Below, piece by piece: positions 9,087-19,832 of a stretch of DNA of 64,000 bases. The number at the start of each line of letters is the position of its first letter. The first letter of the stretch is position 1. Source of the stretch: Polyangiales bacterium. GTDB taxonomy: Bacteria > Myxococcota_A > Polyangia > Polyangiales > JADJQN01. The notes under the pieces were generated by a model. It did no database searches. It saw only the letters and a program-made list of their open reading frames with translations, and was not told the DNA's origin. The position numbers and the translations under genes were made by a program. Where the stretch lies: NCBI GenBank assembly GCA_964202905.1, contig CAXNJO010000004.1, positions 160,001 to 224,000 of the forward strand, read 5' to 3'.

Positions 9087-9284
9087 ATACGGCGTCGCCG
9101 GGCCCGTCGTGACGCGGGGCACCGAGCCGACCCCGGCGCGAAATCCTGAGACGATCGCCCCCGGATCGTGGCCGCGCACGGCGCATGGCGAGGGCAGGTC
9201 CGGGACGTCGTCCGCCTGCGCTGGCCGGCCGTCTTTCAGACTCGGCGGGCGCTCGCGCGCCATCGTGACGCTCGCCTGGGGCGC

Positions 9285-10787
9285 ATGAAACTGCTCGGTG
9301 CGCTCACCTCGTCGGCCGTCTTCCACGTCGCGAGCATGGTCAACGGGCTCGCGACCGTGCCGCTCTTCTTGAGCGCATTCGGGCGCGAGAACTACGGATT
9401 CTGGGCGGCGCTGCTCGGCACGACTGCCTACCTGTCACTGCTCAACTTCGGCGTGGCGCAGACCGTCTCGAGCGGCGCATCGAGAGCCGCGCGTGACGAC
9501 GCGGCGGCGGTACCGCGTCTGATCGGATTCGGCTTTCGGTTCTACCTTCGGGTAGGCGTCGTCGCGCTGCCGACGGCGATCGTCGTGGGACTCGCGTGCC
9601 CGTGGGCGGCCTGGTTCGGACTCGATGCGAGCCGGGACGTCGAGAGCCGACTGACCGCCGCCGCCGTGTTTGGCAGCTTCATCGTGGAACTCCCCTTCTC
9701 CGTGCTGAGGGCCGCCCTGTACGGTGCGGGAGAGGTCACCCAGGAGCGGTTGCTCGGGGTCGGTGCGATCGTGCTGCGGGTGGCTGCCGCCGCGGTCTTC
9801 GCGGTGACACAACCGGCCCTCTGGCTGGGCGTTCTGGTGTTGTCCGCCATCAACCTCACGAGCGCGGTCGCGGCGTTCGCGCTCCTTCAGCGTCGATTTC
9901 CGGCGCTCTGGTCATCGTTGCGGGCACCTCGGAGCGCCGAGCAGGTCGTCGAGGCAGCCGCGATGCGACCGCAGAGCGTCAACTACTTCGTCCTGCAAAT
10001 CGCCGGGGCCATCGTCTGGTCCACCGATGCGCTCCTCACGGGGTTCATGCTCGGCGCGGGGGCAGCGGCGGAGGTGTCCGCGGCGTGGCGCGTCATCAGC
10101 ATCGTGTTGTCGCTCGGGGGGGTCGTCGTTCCTGCGGTCGCGCCCACGCTCGCGCGCGTGTGGGCGGAGGGCGACACGGCGCGTTCGGTGGCGCTCGCCA
10201 CGGACACCGCGCAGGTCGTGTTCGCGTTGCTCCTCGCCGGGACGCTCGGCGCCGCTGCGGCTGGCGAGGCAATCTTCGCGTTGTGGCTGGGCCCGGACAT
10301 GTTTGCGGGGCGAGGCGCGTGGCTCGCCTACTGCCTCATCGTCGTCGTGCAGGCGATGCTCGTCGTGCCCGAAGCGTTCGTAACGCAGACGGGGCGCCAT
10401 TCCGCCTACGCGCGGGCGACCCTCGTCGAAGCCGCGATCAAGCTGGCCCTCAGCCTCGCGCTGATGCGCGCGTTCGGCCTGATCGGGTTGCCGCTCGGGA
10501 CGCTCATCGGACGTTGCACGACGACGTTCTGGATCGTCTTGCGCTCCTTCGGCGAGGCCACGGGCCAATCGTGGGGACGCTGGCTCGCGCGGGTGATTCG
10601 GCCATCCGTGATTCCGGCCGTGGGGTTCGTGGTCGTCTTCGGCTGCGGACGCTGGGTCATCGGCGAAGGCAGCGCCTCGACGGTGTTCGCGCTGGGGACC
10701 GCGAGCGGAGTGGTCTACGTTGTCCTGTATGCCTTGACGGGACTGCCGGACGCGGTCCGCGCCAGGCTGATGAGGAGCCGAACATGA
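9285..10787 (+). CDS. Wzx-like polysaccharide flippase
   Basis: About 12 hydrophobic segments and FGRENYGFW; polysaccharide-locus context. Start uncertain. Confidence 0.75.
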   Translation: MKLLGALTSSAVFHVASMVNGLATVPLFLSAFGRENYGFWAALLGTTAYLSLLNFGVAQTVSSGASRAARDDAAAVPRLIGFGFRFYLRVGVVALPTAIVVGLACPWAAWFGLDASRDVESRLTAAAVFGSFIVELPFSVLRAALYGAGEVTQERLLGVGAIVLRVAAAAVFAVTQPALWLGVLVLSAINLTSAVAAFALLQRRFPALWSSLRAPRSAEQVVEAAAMRPQSVNYFVLQIAGAIVWSTDALLTGFMLGAGAAAEVSAAWRVISIVLSLGGVVVPAVAPTLARVWAEGDTARSVALATDTAQVVFALLLAGTLGAAAAGEAIFALWLGPDMFAGRGAWLAYCLIVVVQAMLVVPEAFVTQTGRHSAYARATLVEAAIKLALSLALMRAFGLIGLPLGTLIGRCTTTFWIVLRSFGEATGQSWGRWLARVIRPSVIPAVGFVVVFGCGRWVIGEGSASTVFALGTASGVVYVVLYALTGLPDAVRARLMRSRT

Positions 10788-11743
10788 CCTCGATTCCCAT
10801 GCTCGCGCCGCTCGATCCGCGGGTTCCGCGGTGGGACGCCAACGCCCTCGAACCCCGCCGCTGCCCGCTCTGCTCCGGGGCGGGAACACCCCGGTTCCGT
10901 CGCCCCGACGCCCTCGTCGTCCGCTCGTGCGTGTGTGGAACGTGGTTCGTCTCTCCGGCGCCGAGCCCCGCGGCGCTCGACGCGTTCTACCGCACGTACA
11001 CCGCTGTTCACCGCGCCGGCTCGGTGGAGCGCCAGCGCGAGGCCATCCGGGCACACCGTCCTGAGGATTCGCTGCTCCTGACCGAGCTCGGGAGCGTCGG
11101 TCCGCTGGCGGGCAAGCGCGTCCTCGACGTCGGCTGTGGACTCGGCGTGTTCCTTCACCTCCTCGACCGCGTCGGTGCGGAGCCCTACGGCGTCGACCTC
11201 GATCCGGGAAGCGTCGCCTTCGCGACGACGCACCTCGGCCTGTCTCGGGTGCAACTCGGGACGATCGTCGACGTCGGGGCGCGGGCGTTCGACATCCTCA
11301 CGATGCTCGACTTCATCGAACATCCCCTCGACGTCGGGACGACCCTCGAGCGCGCCCACGCGCTGCTCGCGCCGGGCGGGATCCTCGCCCTTTGGACGCC
11401 CAACGCGACGGGATTCGATCGTGATCCCAACCCCGTCGCGCTCCGCATGGACCTCGAACACATGCAGTACTTCTCGTGCGCGAGCATCGCCGAGATCGGA
11501 CGGCGGTTCGACTTCACGACAGTTCACCTCGAGACCCTCGGGAGCGCGGCGCCCGTCGCCGGGCGCTCAGTCGGCCACGCACCACTCGTCCAACGCACGC
11601 TCGAGAGCGCGAAGCGGACCGCCCGCGCCCTGGAGCGACGCGCCGGCCTGGCCGGATTGCGGGGCAGGTGGATGAAGAAGGCGGAGCGCTGGACGGAGCG
11701 GCGTGGCGATTACCACTTGATGGCGCTTCTCCAGAAACGCTGA
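10784..11743 (+). CDS. Class I SAM-dependent methyltransferase with N-terminal Cys motif
   Basis: CPLC...CVC, VLDVGCGLG, FIEH. ATGA overlap and GAGGAG upstream. Confidence 0.85.
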   Translation: MTSIPMLAPLDPRVPRWDANALEPRRCPLCSGAGTPRFRRPDALVVRSCVCGTWFVSPAPSPAALDAFYRTYTAVHRAGSVERQREAIRAHRPEDSLLLTELGSVGPLAGKRVLDVGCGLGVFLHLLDRVGAEPYGVDLDPGSVAFATTHLGLSRVQLGTIVDVGARAFDILTMLDFIEHPLDVGTTLERAHALLAPGGILALWTPNATGFDRDPNPVALRMDLEHMQYFSCASIAEIGRRFDFTTVHLETLGSAAPVAGRSVGHAPLVQRTLESAKRTARALERRAGLAGLRGRWMKKAERWTERRGDYHLMALLQKR

Positions 11744-11854
11744 ACAACGCGCGTCCGCGCGCCCATCGTCCGCCGGGGCGCACTGCACGACGGAAACGAC
11801 GCGGGCGCTGCCGCGCTCCGAGGAGCGAAGCAGCGCCCGACGAACGATCGAGCC

Positions 11855-13889
11855 TCAGTTTCGAACGAAGTAGACGTCGGTGTTCCCGGTGTCGAAGGCA
11901 GTCGTGCCATCGATGCTGAGCACCGAGGAGGTCGTCTCGAAGGTGGTCCACTCGCCATTGCGGCTGATGGAAACGACCGGTGAGAGTGGCGTCACGGACG
12001 TGATGCCCACGGCCGACGCGCCCTCGCCATTGCGCGACATGAGTCGGGTCGTCCCCGTGCAGCGGTCCCGCATGTAGCTGGCCTCGCCGACGGTCGTACC
12101 GTCGAACGCGCCGTTCGACCGGAACACGGTACGACAGCCGTTCGACGACACCCTCGCGACCGTGCTCAGCGAACCCCCCGTCTGCGCGCCCGCGGAGTTC
12201 ACGGAGAGGATCGACATGGTCCCGGGCGTCGACAGGCCACCGACGATGGCGCCCGAGGGAACGAACTGGAACACGTCGGTCGACGCGTTCGTGTCCGCGA
12301 TGCCCTGCGAGCAGGTCGAGTGGAACACGACCGTCGTTCCGTCGCCGGAGATCGACGGGCTGAGAGGCTCCAAGCAATTCGTCGTGATGCGGGTCGTCGT
12401 GCTGGCGGACACCACACGGAGGAACACGTCGCGCGATCCGGGGGGTGTCCCCGCTCGCGAGGTTGACCGTGTTGGAGTCGAACACGACGCGGTTTCCATC
12501 GTCGCTGATGGACGCGCGCAGGGAGACGTTCCGATTGCTGCTCTCGGGGGGAGCCACTCCGGCTCCACCCATCAGCGTGCTGCCCGTCGCGCCGTTCGCC
12601 ACCGAGATGCTCGTGGTGGTCCCGGCAGACCGGTCCTTGCGGTACACCTGCGCGCGGCCGTTGATGCAACCCGCCGTGATGTTCGCCGCGCTCGGTGCGG
12701 TTGTGCTCTGACCGCACAGGCGCGCGCACGTCGAGTCGAAGGCGACGAAGCGGCCGTTCGCGCTGATCGAGGGGCGGAATGCACCGACCCCCTGGAGCGG
12801 GGCCGCGGTCGGCGAAGTGGGCGCGCAGAATGCCGGGATGGTGCCCGAGGTCGTGGTGCTCACGCCGGTCGTCGTCCCCGCCGTGATGTCGCGCGCGAAG
12901 ATGTCGGACGCTGCGTTCGCGTCCGACGGGACCATGTCGGTCGCCGTGGACGCGAAGACCACGATGTTCCCGTCGCTGCTGAGGCAGGGGGTCGTCGCGT
13001 CGCCGGTCGTCGTGATGGCACCGGTGCTGCGGAAGCTGACGAGGACGAGGCCGCCGGTGGTCGTGTCGTACCGGTAGACGTCGCTTCGGCTGTTCGTATC
13101 CGTCGAGACGAGCGGAAGGGAGGTCGAGAACACCGAGAAGCGTCCGTCATCCGTGATGCAGCCAACGCGCGCGTCGCCCGCCTGCTTGCGCCCCTGCTCG
13201 TCGAGCGACGCGATGGACGGCGCGTTCGGGCCGCCCGCCGTCTGGACCGTCGCGAAGACCTTACCCTTGAACGTGAAGCTCGTCGACGTCGGCTGGCGGA
13301 AGCGCCAGCGGCGCTGCGTCACGAAGCGGGTGAAGCCAGCGGCGTTCGGCTCGAGGGTCCCGTACCGCCAGAGGCCGCGCGTCGCGTCGAGCCCGAGCGT
13401 CGTGCTCGTGGCGCCTCCGTAGCCCTCGAACCCTGCGGTGATTTCCGTGATCTGCGAGTAGGCGTTGCTCAGGTGCCGGGTCGCGAAGAAGTGGCGCAGG
13501 TCCACGTCTCCGAAGAAGCAGTTGGGTGCCCCACCGGGGATGGCGCCGCACTCGGCGCTGCCCGCAGCGCGCGTGCCGGAGGCGACGGTGATCAGCTCCG
13601 CGGTGTCCGCGGGGCCGCTGCCGGTCATGCCGTCCTTGACCACCGTCACCTCGGTCAGCGGATCGCGCGCGCCGGCGATCTCACTCGCGCCGCGGAGGGC
13701 GCCGTCGTCCAAGAAGCGCAGCGTCATCGTCCCGGACGCGACGTCCACGGTGCCCTCGAAGTCGAGGACGACCGTGTCCGGGTCCGCCTCGAGGCTCCAC
13801 GTGGACTCCGGTCCCCCTTCGCTCGCGCAACCCGAGGCGGCGCAGGTCAGCGCGGCGACAACAGCGAAAATGGACGATATTCGACGCAT
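11855..13889 (-). CDS. Lipoprotein with TolB/PD40-like beta-propeller repeats; frameshifted near 12445
   Basis: Lipobox AASGC and repeats such as PSISANGRFVAF and DTNSRSDVY. The reading frame switches at a G6 run (12440-12445) and continues SRDVFLRV...TDVYFVRN*. Confidence 0.75.
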
Positions 13890-14064
13890 GATCACGAACC
13901 TCCAGGGCGACGCTCGGCGAGGAGCGCGCGTAAGTTTCAGGAGTATACGGGCCGGTCTCGCGTTCACCAAGGGGGTCGGTTGCAAATTCGCGGCGCACCG
14001 TTCATCGGATGTGTCGTTGCCGCGTCGTGGAGGAGCGCAGCCGGCGTGCTAGCGTCCCGCAGAC

Positions 14065-15207
14065 ATGGTTCCCCCCGCACGGCGCCTCGTCTACCTCGCG
14101 CCGGGGCTCTTCGACTTCGGCGGCATCGCGCGCTACGGCCGCTACCAGCTGCGAGCCCTTCGAAGCGTCGGCGGCGACCGCGTGCGTGCCGCGTCGCTGC
14201 TCGGACCGAGCGCGGACGCCTCGTTCGCGGAAGCCGTCGAGGTCGATTACATCGCCGGAGGGAACGGCCGTCGTCATAAGGCCGCGTTCACGGCGCGCGC
14301 AGCCGCCTGGGCCCGGCCGGGCGCGCTCGTGTGGTGCGGGCACCTGCACTTCGCCCCGCTCGGACTCGGTCTGGCCGCCGCGGTCGGCGGCACGTGCGTC
14401 GTCAACGTGTACGGACTCGAAGTGTGGTCCGCCCGTCGCCGAGCCGCCCTCGCGGCCCTCGGGCATGTCGAGGTCGTGTCCGATTGCCACGCCACGGCCG
14501 ACCACCTCGTCTCGAACGGGATCGTCCGCCCGGACCGCATCCGCGTCATCTGGGACCCGGTTGACGTCCGCTTTTCCCCCGGCTCCGTCGACCCCGCGAT
14601 CGAGGCCCGCTACGGCCTCACCCCGACGTCCTTCCGCGTCATGTTCCTCGGGCGCCTCTCGGCCGGAGCGGCGCACAAGAGCCCGGATGCGTTGATCCGG
14701 GCGTTCGCGGCCGCAAGGCTCCCAGCGGACGCCCAGCTGGTGATCGCCGGGGCAGGGGATCGGCGACCGGCACTCGAGGCGCTCGCGGCGGAGCGGGGAT
14801 GCGCGGGTCGGGTCGTCTTTGCCGGACGCGTCGCGGACGAGGACCTGCCGGGTCTTTACCGATCGGCGTCGTTGTTCGTGCTCGTCAGCCGGAAATACGA
14901 TGGAGGCGGGGAGGGCCTGCCGCTCACCCCGATCGAGGCCGCGGCGTGCGGCGTGCCGATCGTCGTGGGCGACGAGGATGGCTCGCGCGAAGCCGTGCGG
15001 GACGGCGAGACCGGTTTCCTCGTGCGTTCCCGCGAGGACGCCGCGCTCGTGCGGGTGCTGGAAGACGCGGCCGCCGATCCGAACAGACTTCGCGGCCTCG
15101 GGGCCGCCGCTGCGCGCGACGCACACGAGCGTTTCTCCTACGCGCGCTTCGAGCGTCAGCACCGCGCGCTGATCGAGGCGATTGACGCCGGGAATGTCGG
15201 GCGATGA
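14065..15207 (+). CDS. Glycosyltransferase family 4
   Basis: GGIARY, FLGRL, EGLPLTPIEAAACGVP. Confidence 0.9.
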   Translation: MVPPARRLVYLAPGLFDFGGIARYGRYQLRALRSVGGDRVRAASLLGPSADASFAEAVEVDYIAGGNGRRHKAAFTARAAAWARPGALVWCGHLHFAPLGLGLAAAVGGTCVVNVYGLEVWSARRRAALAALGHVEVVSDCHATADHLVSNGIVRPDRIRVIWDPVDVRFSPGSVDPAIEARYGLTPTSFRVMFLGRLSAGAAHKSPDALIRAFAAARLPADAQLVIAGAGDRRPALEALAAERGCAGRVVFAGRVADEDLPGLYRSASLFVLVSRKYDGGGEGLPLTPIEAAACGVPIVVGDEDGSREAVRDGETGFLVRSREDAALVRVLEDAAADPNRLRGLGAAAARDAHERFSYARFERQHRALIEAIDAGNVGR

Positions 15208-16016
15208 CGCGTGGCTTCGTCCTCGCGAAGAGCCGGGCCCGAGGTTGGTTCTCCAACCAGGCCGGCTTCCGGCTGCTCGACGCCCGTCACGACGACGCGT
15301 TCTTGGTCTCGTACCCGCGCTCCGGTAGCACCTGGCTGCGCACGGTGCTGAGCAACCTCCTCGTCCCGTGGGGCCGCGCGAACCCGGACGTCTTCAACGC
15401 GCTCATCCCCGGCGTCACCCTGCGTGGCGCCCTCCGTGCGCGCGCCCTGCAATCCCCGCGCATCATCTCGTCGCATGCGCCCCACCAACCGGGACTTCCG
15501 CGGGCGGTGTACCTGGTCAGAGATGGACGAGATGCGCTGGTCTCCTACCACCTCTACCAGAAGAGCCGCGGCGGTCCGGGTGGGACCGTCCCGTTCGCGA
15601 CGTTCCTCGACGAGCACCTCGAGGGACTGCACGGCCCACCCTGGCATGCGCACGTGGAGAGTTGGCTTCGGGCAGGACGGGCCGAGTTGGGAGACCGTCT
15701 CTGCGTCATCCGCTACGAGGATCTGCTGACCGATCCGCTCCGCGGGATGCGTGGCGTGGTCGAGTTTCTGGGGCTCTCTGCGACGGACGAAGGGCTCGCT
15801 GCGGCGATCGAGGGGGCGTCGCTCGAGACGATGAGGGCCGTGGAGGCGCGGCGGTTGGGCGGGGTCGTCTCCGGCGACAGGTCCTTCTACCGGAGCGGCG
15901 AGGCGTTGCTCGGGGCCGGATGGTTCGACGACGCGATGTACGATCGCTTCGCCGAGGTCGGAGGCGTGGCCCTGAGCCTCTGCGGGTACCCGCTCCGCCC
16001 CGAACATCGACCGTGA
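15204..16016 (+). CDS. Sulfotransferase (Sulfotransfer_1 type)
   Basis: LVSYPRSGSTWLR, YLVRDGRDALVS, IRYEDL, FYRSG. Confidence 0.9.
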   Translation: MTRGFVLAKSRARGWFSNQAGFRLLDARHDDAFLVSYPRSGSTWLRTVLSNLLVPWGRANPDVFNALIPGVTLRGALRARALQSPRIISSHAPHQPGLPRAVYLVRDGRDALVSYHLYQKSRGGPGGTVPFATFLDEHLEGLHGPPWHAHVESWLRAGRAELGDRLCVIRYEDLLTDPLRGMRGVVEFLGLSATDEGLAAAIEGASLETMRAVEARRLGGVVSGDRSFYRSGEALLGAGWFDDAMYDRFAEVGGVALSLCGYPLRPEHRP

Positions 16017-16048
16017 ATGCGCGCGCCACGCGTGGTAACGAATGCGCG

Positions 16049-17167
16049 ATGCCGGTGCCGCTCCGCTACCCCGTGCTCGAGCCCGATCTCGGTCCGCTCG
16101 AGGAACGTTACGTCACCGAGGCGATTCGCTCCGGCTGGGTGTCTTCGATCGGGCCCTTCGTCGAGCGGTTCGAGGCGCAGTTCGCCGAGCGCTGCGGCGT
16201 CGCGCACTGCATCGGCGTCGCCAATGGCACCGTGGCGCTCCATCTGGCGCTCGTCGCGCGCGGGATCGGCCCCGGCGATGAGGTCATCGTCCCCGATCTG
16301 ACTTTCGCCGCCACCGCCGCGGCGGTGGTGCACGCGGGCGCGACGCCGGTGCTCGTCGATGCTGCGCGGGATGAGTGGAACCTCGACGTCGACCTGCTCG
16401 AGCGTGCGCGCAGCCCGCGCACCAAGGCGATCATCCCAGTCCACCTCTATGGATGCCCCGTCGACGTGTTGCGTGTCCGGGAGATCCTCGGGCCGGATGT
16501 CTTCGTGCTGGAGGACGCCGCCGAAGCCCACGGAGCGAGGGTCCGCGGGACGACGGTGGGCGGGATCGGCGACGCGGCGTGCTTCAGCTTTTATGGCAAC
16601 AAGCTTGTCACGATGGGTGAGGGGGGCTGCATCACGACGAACGACACGGCCTTCGCCCAGCGCGCCCGCTTCCTGAAGGACCACGCGATGAGCCCGGTGC
16701 GGCGTTATTTCCACACCGATGCCGGCTTCAACTACCGATTGACCAACCTCCAAGCAGCGCTCGGGTGCGCACAGCTCGAGCGTCTCGAAGAGACCCTCGA
16801 GCGACGCGCCACCTTGCTCGGCTGGTATCGCGAAGAGCTCTCGGACACGTCGATCACGCTGAACCCGTCACCGCCGGATACCGACCCCGTGTGCTGGGTC
16901 GTGGCCGCGCTCTTGCCGCCGGGCACGGACGGCGACGAACGCGACCGGGTCGCCTCGGCGCTGCGCGCGCGCGGGATCGACTCGAGGCCGTTCTTCGTTC
17001 CCATGCATGCGCTGCCGCCGTACGCGGGTTGCCGCCTCGTCACACGGGACTCGGGTATGTCGGTCGCCGAGGAGCTTGGCGGTCGGGGGCTCGGCCTCCC
17101 GACGTCGGCGCGGCTCTCTCGGTCCGACGTCGCCGAGATCTGCGCCGCCCTCCGCGCGGTGGTCTGA
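16049..17167 (+). CDS. DegT/DnrJ PLP sugar aminotransferase, perosamine synthase-like
   Basis: GWVSSIGPFVERFE, NGTVALHLAL, EDAAEAHG, FSFYGNKLVTMGEGG, GFNYRLTNLQAALG. Confidence 0.9.
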   Translation: MPVPLRYPVLEPDLGPLEERYVTEAIRSGWVSSIGPFVERFEAQFAERCGVAHCIGVANGTVALHLALVARGIGPGDEVIVPDLTFAATAAAVVHAGATPVLVDAARDEWNLDVDLLERARSPRTKAIIPVHLYGCPVDVLRVREILGPDVFVLEDAAEAHGARVRGTTVGGIGDAACFSFYGNKLVTMGEGGCITTNDTAFAQRARFLKDHAMSPVRRYFHTDAGFNYRLTNLQAALGCAQLERLEETLERRATLLGWYREELSDTSITLNPSPPDTDPVCWVVAALLPPGTDGDERDRVASALRARGIDSRPFFVPMHALPPYAGCRLVTRDSGMSVAEELGGRGLGLPTSARLSRSDVAEICAALRAVV

Positions 17168-17172
17168 GCACC

Positions 17173-18714
17173 GTGTCCGGCCTCGCGCTGCCGCACGCTC
17201 CCATCCCGCGGCCACCGTCCGGCAACACGCGGACCGCGGACGCCCAGCAGCAGCTTGCCCGGCAACATGCGGTCGCGGGGCGCGTGATCCGCATCGGCGT
17301 CTTCGCGCTCGGGTCGATCGGGTTCCTGCTCATGCACGTGATCTTCGGGCACGAGGACTTCGACCTGCAGGCGCGGATCTGGGCGGCGGTCGCCGGGATC
17401 GTCGCGCTCGGAACCGTCCTGAACGCACGCCGACGCACGCTCCCTTTCGGTGCCTACGCGACCACCCTGCTCTACGTCGCGTTTGGTCTCGGCACGTTCA
17501 ACGACTCCGACTTCCACGGTGCGCTCGGGTCGATTCCGCTTCGACAGGAGAGCTTCACGCTGGCGGCGTTCGCGGCTGCCCTGATGAGCGTCACGGTGCT
17601 CGCAGGCATCCCTCTGGGGCGCCGACTCGGTCGCCGGGTCGCACCGGTGGTCGGCGCGATCTCGCCCGACGCGACCGGTCCCGGCTTCGTCACGGCGGCC
17701 TATCTCACCGCCTCGCTCGTGCTGCTCATCAACGCGACCCTCAGCCTCCGCTCAGGGTTCATCCCCGCGGCGCTCGCATTTCCGGCTCACATCGCGTCAC
17801 GCCCGGCGCTCGCACAAGGGATCTTGCTCGTCGCGGCCCTCCGCTCCGGGGATCCCCGTCCGCGCGCATTCGCGCTGGCCGGAACCGTCATCATCTCGCT
17901 GATTGGAATCTCGACGGGAAGCCTGACGCCGGGCCTCATCCCCTGGATCAGCTTCGCCGTGCTGGCATGGGTCGTGGACGGCAAGCTTCCGTGGCGGGGG
18001 AGCCTCGTGGTGCTTGGACTCTTGCTCGTCCTCAATCCCGCGAAGGCCGCCTTTCGAGAGGTCGTTTGGTTCGGCAGTGGTTCGAGCGACATCGGGCTGC
18101 TGGGCCGCGTGCAGGTCTGGCAGGACGCCGTCGTCCGGACCTGGACGGGCAACAACGTAGAGGCGTCGAAGAACCTCGATGCCACGGCCGATCGCGTCAG
18201 TCTCCTCGCCTATGCCGCGCAGAGCATGGAGTGGGTTCCGACCCCGGTTGCCGAGTCTGGTTTCGAGCGCTGGCTCGCGATCCCGAGCGCCTTCGTTCCG
18301 CGCCTCCTCTGGTCGGACAAGCCAGACCTGACCCTCGAGAACAACGTCGCCTATACCCGCGCGTTCGGTCTGCAGACGACGGAGGGGGCCCGGCAGACCA
18401 CCATCGCGTTTCCCATCATCGCCGATGGTTACTGGGCCGCTCGCTTCCCCGGGGTCGTCCTCGCTGGATTCTTCCTTGGGCTCTTCTACGGGTTCGTCGA
18501 AGGGGCGCTTCGCAGGGAACGATGGGCGACGATGGTCGTCGGCGTGACACTGCTTGCCTCGATCACGCCGACCACTCACCTCGGTTCCAGCCTGACGGGA
18601 TTTCCGCAGGCACTCCTCGGCTCCCTCAGCGTCATGTGGTTTGCGGCGCTCGTGTCGCGATTCCTCGGTGCGCGCGCGCCCGGTACCCGGTCCGGGCGAG
18701 GCGCACAGGCTTGA
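17173..18714 (+). CDS. Polytopic membrane protein, probable Wzy polymerase
   Basis: About 11-12 TM segments, a large loop, and [11 protein letters not shown] (PRxxWxxKP-type motif). Confidence 0.6.
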   Translation: MSGLALPHAPIPRPPSGNTRTADAQQQLARQHAVAGRVIRIGVFALGSIGFLLMHVIFGHEDFDLQARIWAAVAGIVALGTVLNARRRTLPFGAYATTLLYVAFGLGTFNDSDFHGALGSIPLRQESFTLAAFAAALMSVTVLAGIPLGRRLGRRVAPVVGAISPDATGPGFVTAAYLTASLVLLINATLSLRSGFIPAALAFPAHIASRPALAQGILLVAALRSGDPRPRAFALAGTVIISLIGISTGSLTPGLIPWISFAVLAWVVDGKLPWRGSLVVLGLLLVLNPAKAAFREVVWFGSGSSDIGLLGRVQVWQDAVVRTWTGNNVEASKNLDATADRVSLLAYAAQSMEWVPTPVAESGFERWLAIPSAFVPRLLWSDKPDLTLENNVAYTRAFGLQTTEGARQTTIAFPIIADGYWAARFPGVVLAGFFLGLFYGFVEGALRRERWATMVVGVTLLASITPTTHLGSSLTGFPQALLGSLSVMWFAALVSRFLGARAPGTRSGRGAQA

Positions 18715-18805
18715 GTCTGGCGATCGGGGAGGCCGTGCGCTGCGATGGGGCACGAACCGACGCGCCAAGAACGGAACACCGCCCGCCATGCTAGAAGGAC
18801 GCCCG

Positions 18806-19825
18806 ATGACCGCGCTCGCCACCTCGCCCAAGAAGGCCCTCATCACCGGGATCACCGGGCAGGACGGGAGCTACCTGACGGAGCTCCTCCTCGAGAAGGG
18901 CTATGAAGTTCACGGGATCGTGCGGCGCTCGTCGAGCTTCAACACCGACCGAATCGAACACCTCTACCGGGATCCGCACGACGCGGGGGCGCGGCTCTTT
19001 CTTCACTACGGCGACCTGAGCGACGCCTCGTCGCTCAACCGCATCATCGAGAAGGTCGCACCCGACGAGGTCTACAACCTCGGTGCGCAAAGCCACGTTC
19101 GGGTGAGCTTCGATGTGCCCGAGTACACGAGCGACGTCACGGGGTTGGGCACCGTGCGCCTCCTCGAGGCGATCCGCGAAGTGGGGATCAAACCGCGTTT
19201 CTATCAGGCCTCGTCGTCGGAACTGTACGGCAAGGTGGTCGAGACTCCGCAGCGCGAGTCGACGCCGTTTCACCCGCGCAGTCCGTACGCGGCCGCCAAA
19301 GCGTACGCGTTCTACATCACGCAGAACTACCGAGAGGCCTATGGCCTCTTCGCGTGCAACGGCATCCTCTTCAACCACGAGAGTCCGCGGCGCGGCGAGA
19401 CCTTCGTGACCCGCAAGATCACGCGCGCGCTCGGTCGTATCAAGTACGGTTTGCAGGAGAAGCTGTATCTCGGGAACCTCGACGCGAAGCGCGACTGGGG
19501 GTTCGCGGGCGACTACGTCGAGGCGATGTGGCGCATGTTGCAGGCGTCGCGTGCCGACGACTACGTCGTCGCGACGAACGAGACGCACTCGGTGCGCGAG
19601 TTCCTCGAGCTCGCCGCGCAGCACCTCGGCGTCGATCTCGACGGGCGCATCGAGGTGGATCCGCGCTATTTCCGGCCTGCCGAGGTCGACTTGCTGCTCG
19701 GCGACGCGAGCAAAGCGCGCACCGAGTTGGGTTGGAGCCCCCGCGTGAGTTTCGAGGAACTCGTGCGGATGATGGCCGACGCCGACGCCGAACTCGCGCG
19801 CCGCGAGCTGCGCGCGCGGGGCTAG
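18806..19825 (+). CDS. gmd: GDP-mannose 4,6-dehydratase
   Basis: [46 protein letters not shown]. Confidence 0.97.
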   Translation: MTALATSPKKALITGITGQDGSYLTELLLEKGYEVHGIVRRSSSFNTDRIEHLYRDPHDAGARLFLHYGDLSDASSLNRIIEKVAPDEVYNLGAQSHVRVSFDVPEYTSDVTGLGTVRLLEAIREVGIKPRFYQASSSELYGKVVETPQRESTPFHPRSPYAAAKAYAFYITQNYREAYGLFACNGILFNHESPRRGETFVTRKITRALGRIKYGLQEKLYLGNLDAKRDWGFAGDYVEAMWRMLQASRADDYVVATNETHSVREFLELAAQHLGVDLDGRIEVDPRYFRPAEVDLLLGDASKARTELGWSPRVSFEELVRMMADADAELARRELRARG

Positions 19826-19832
19826 CGCGCAC

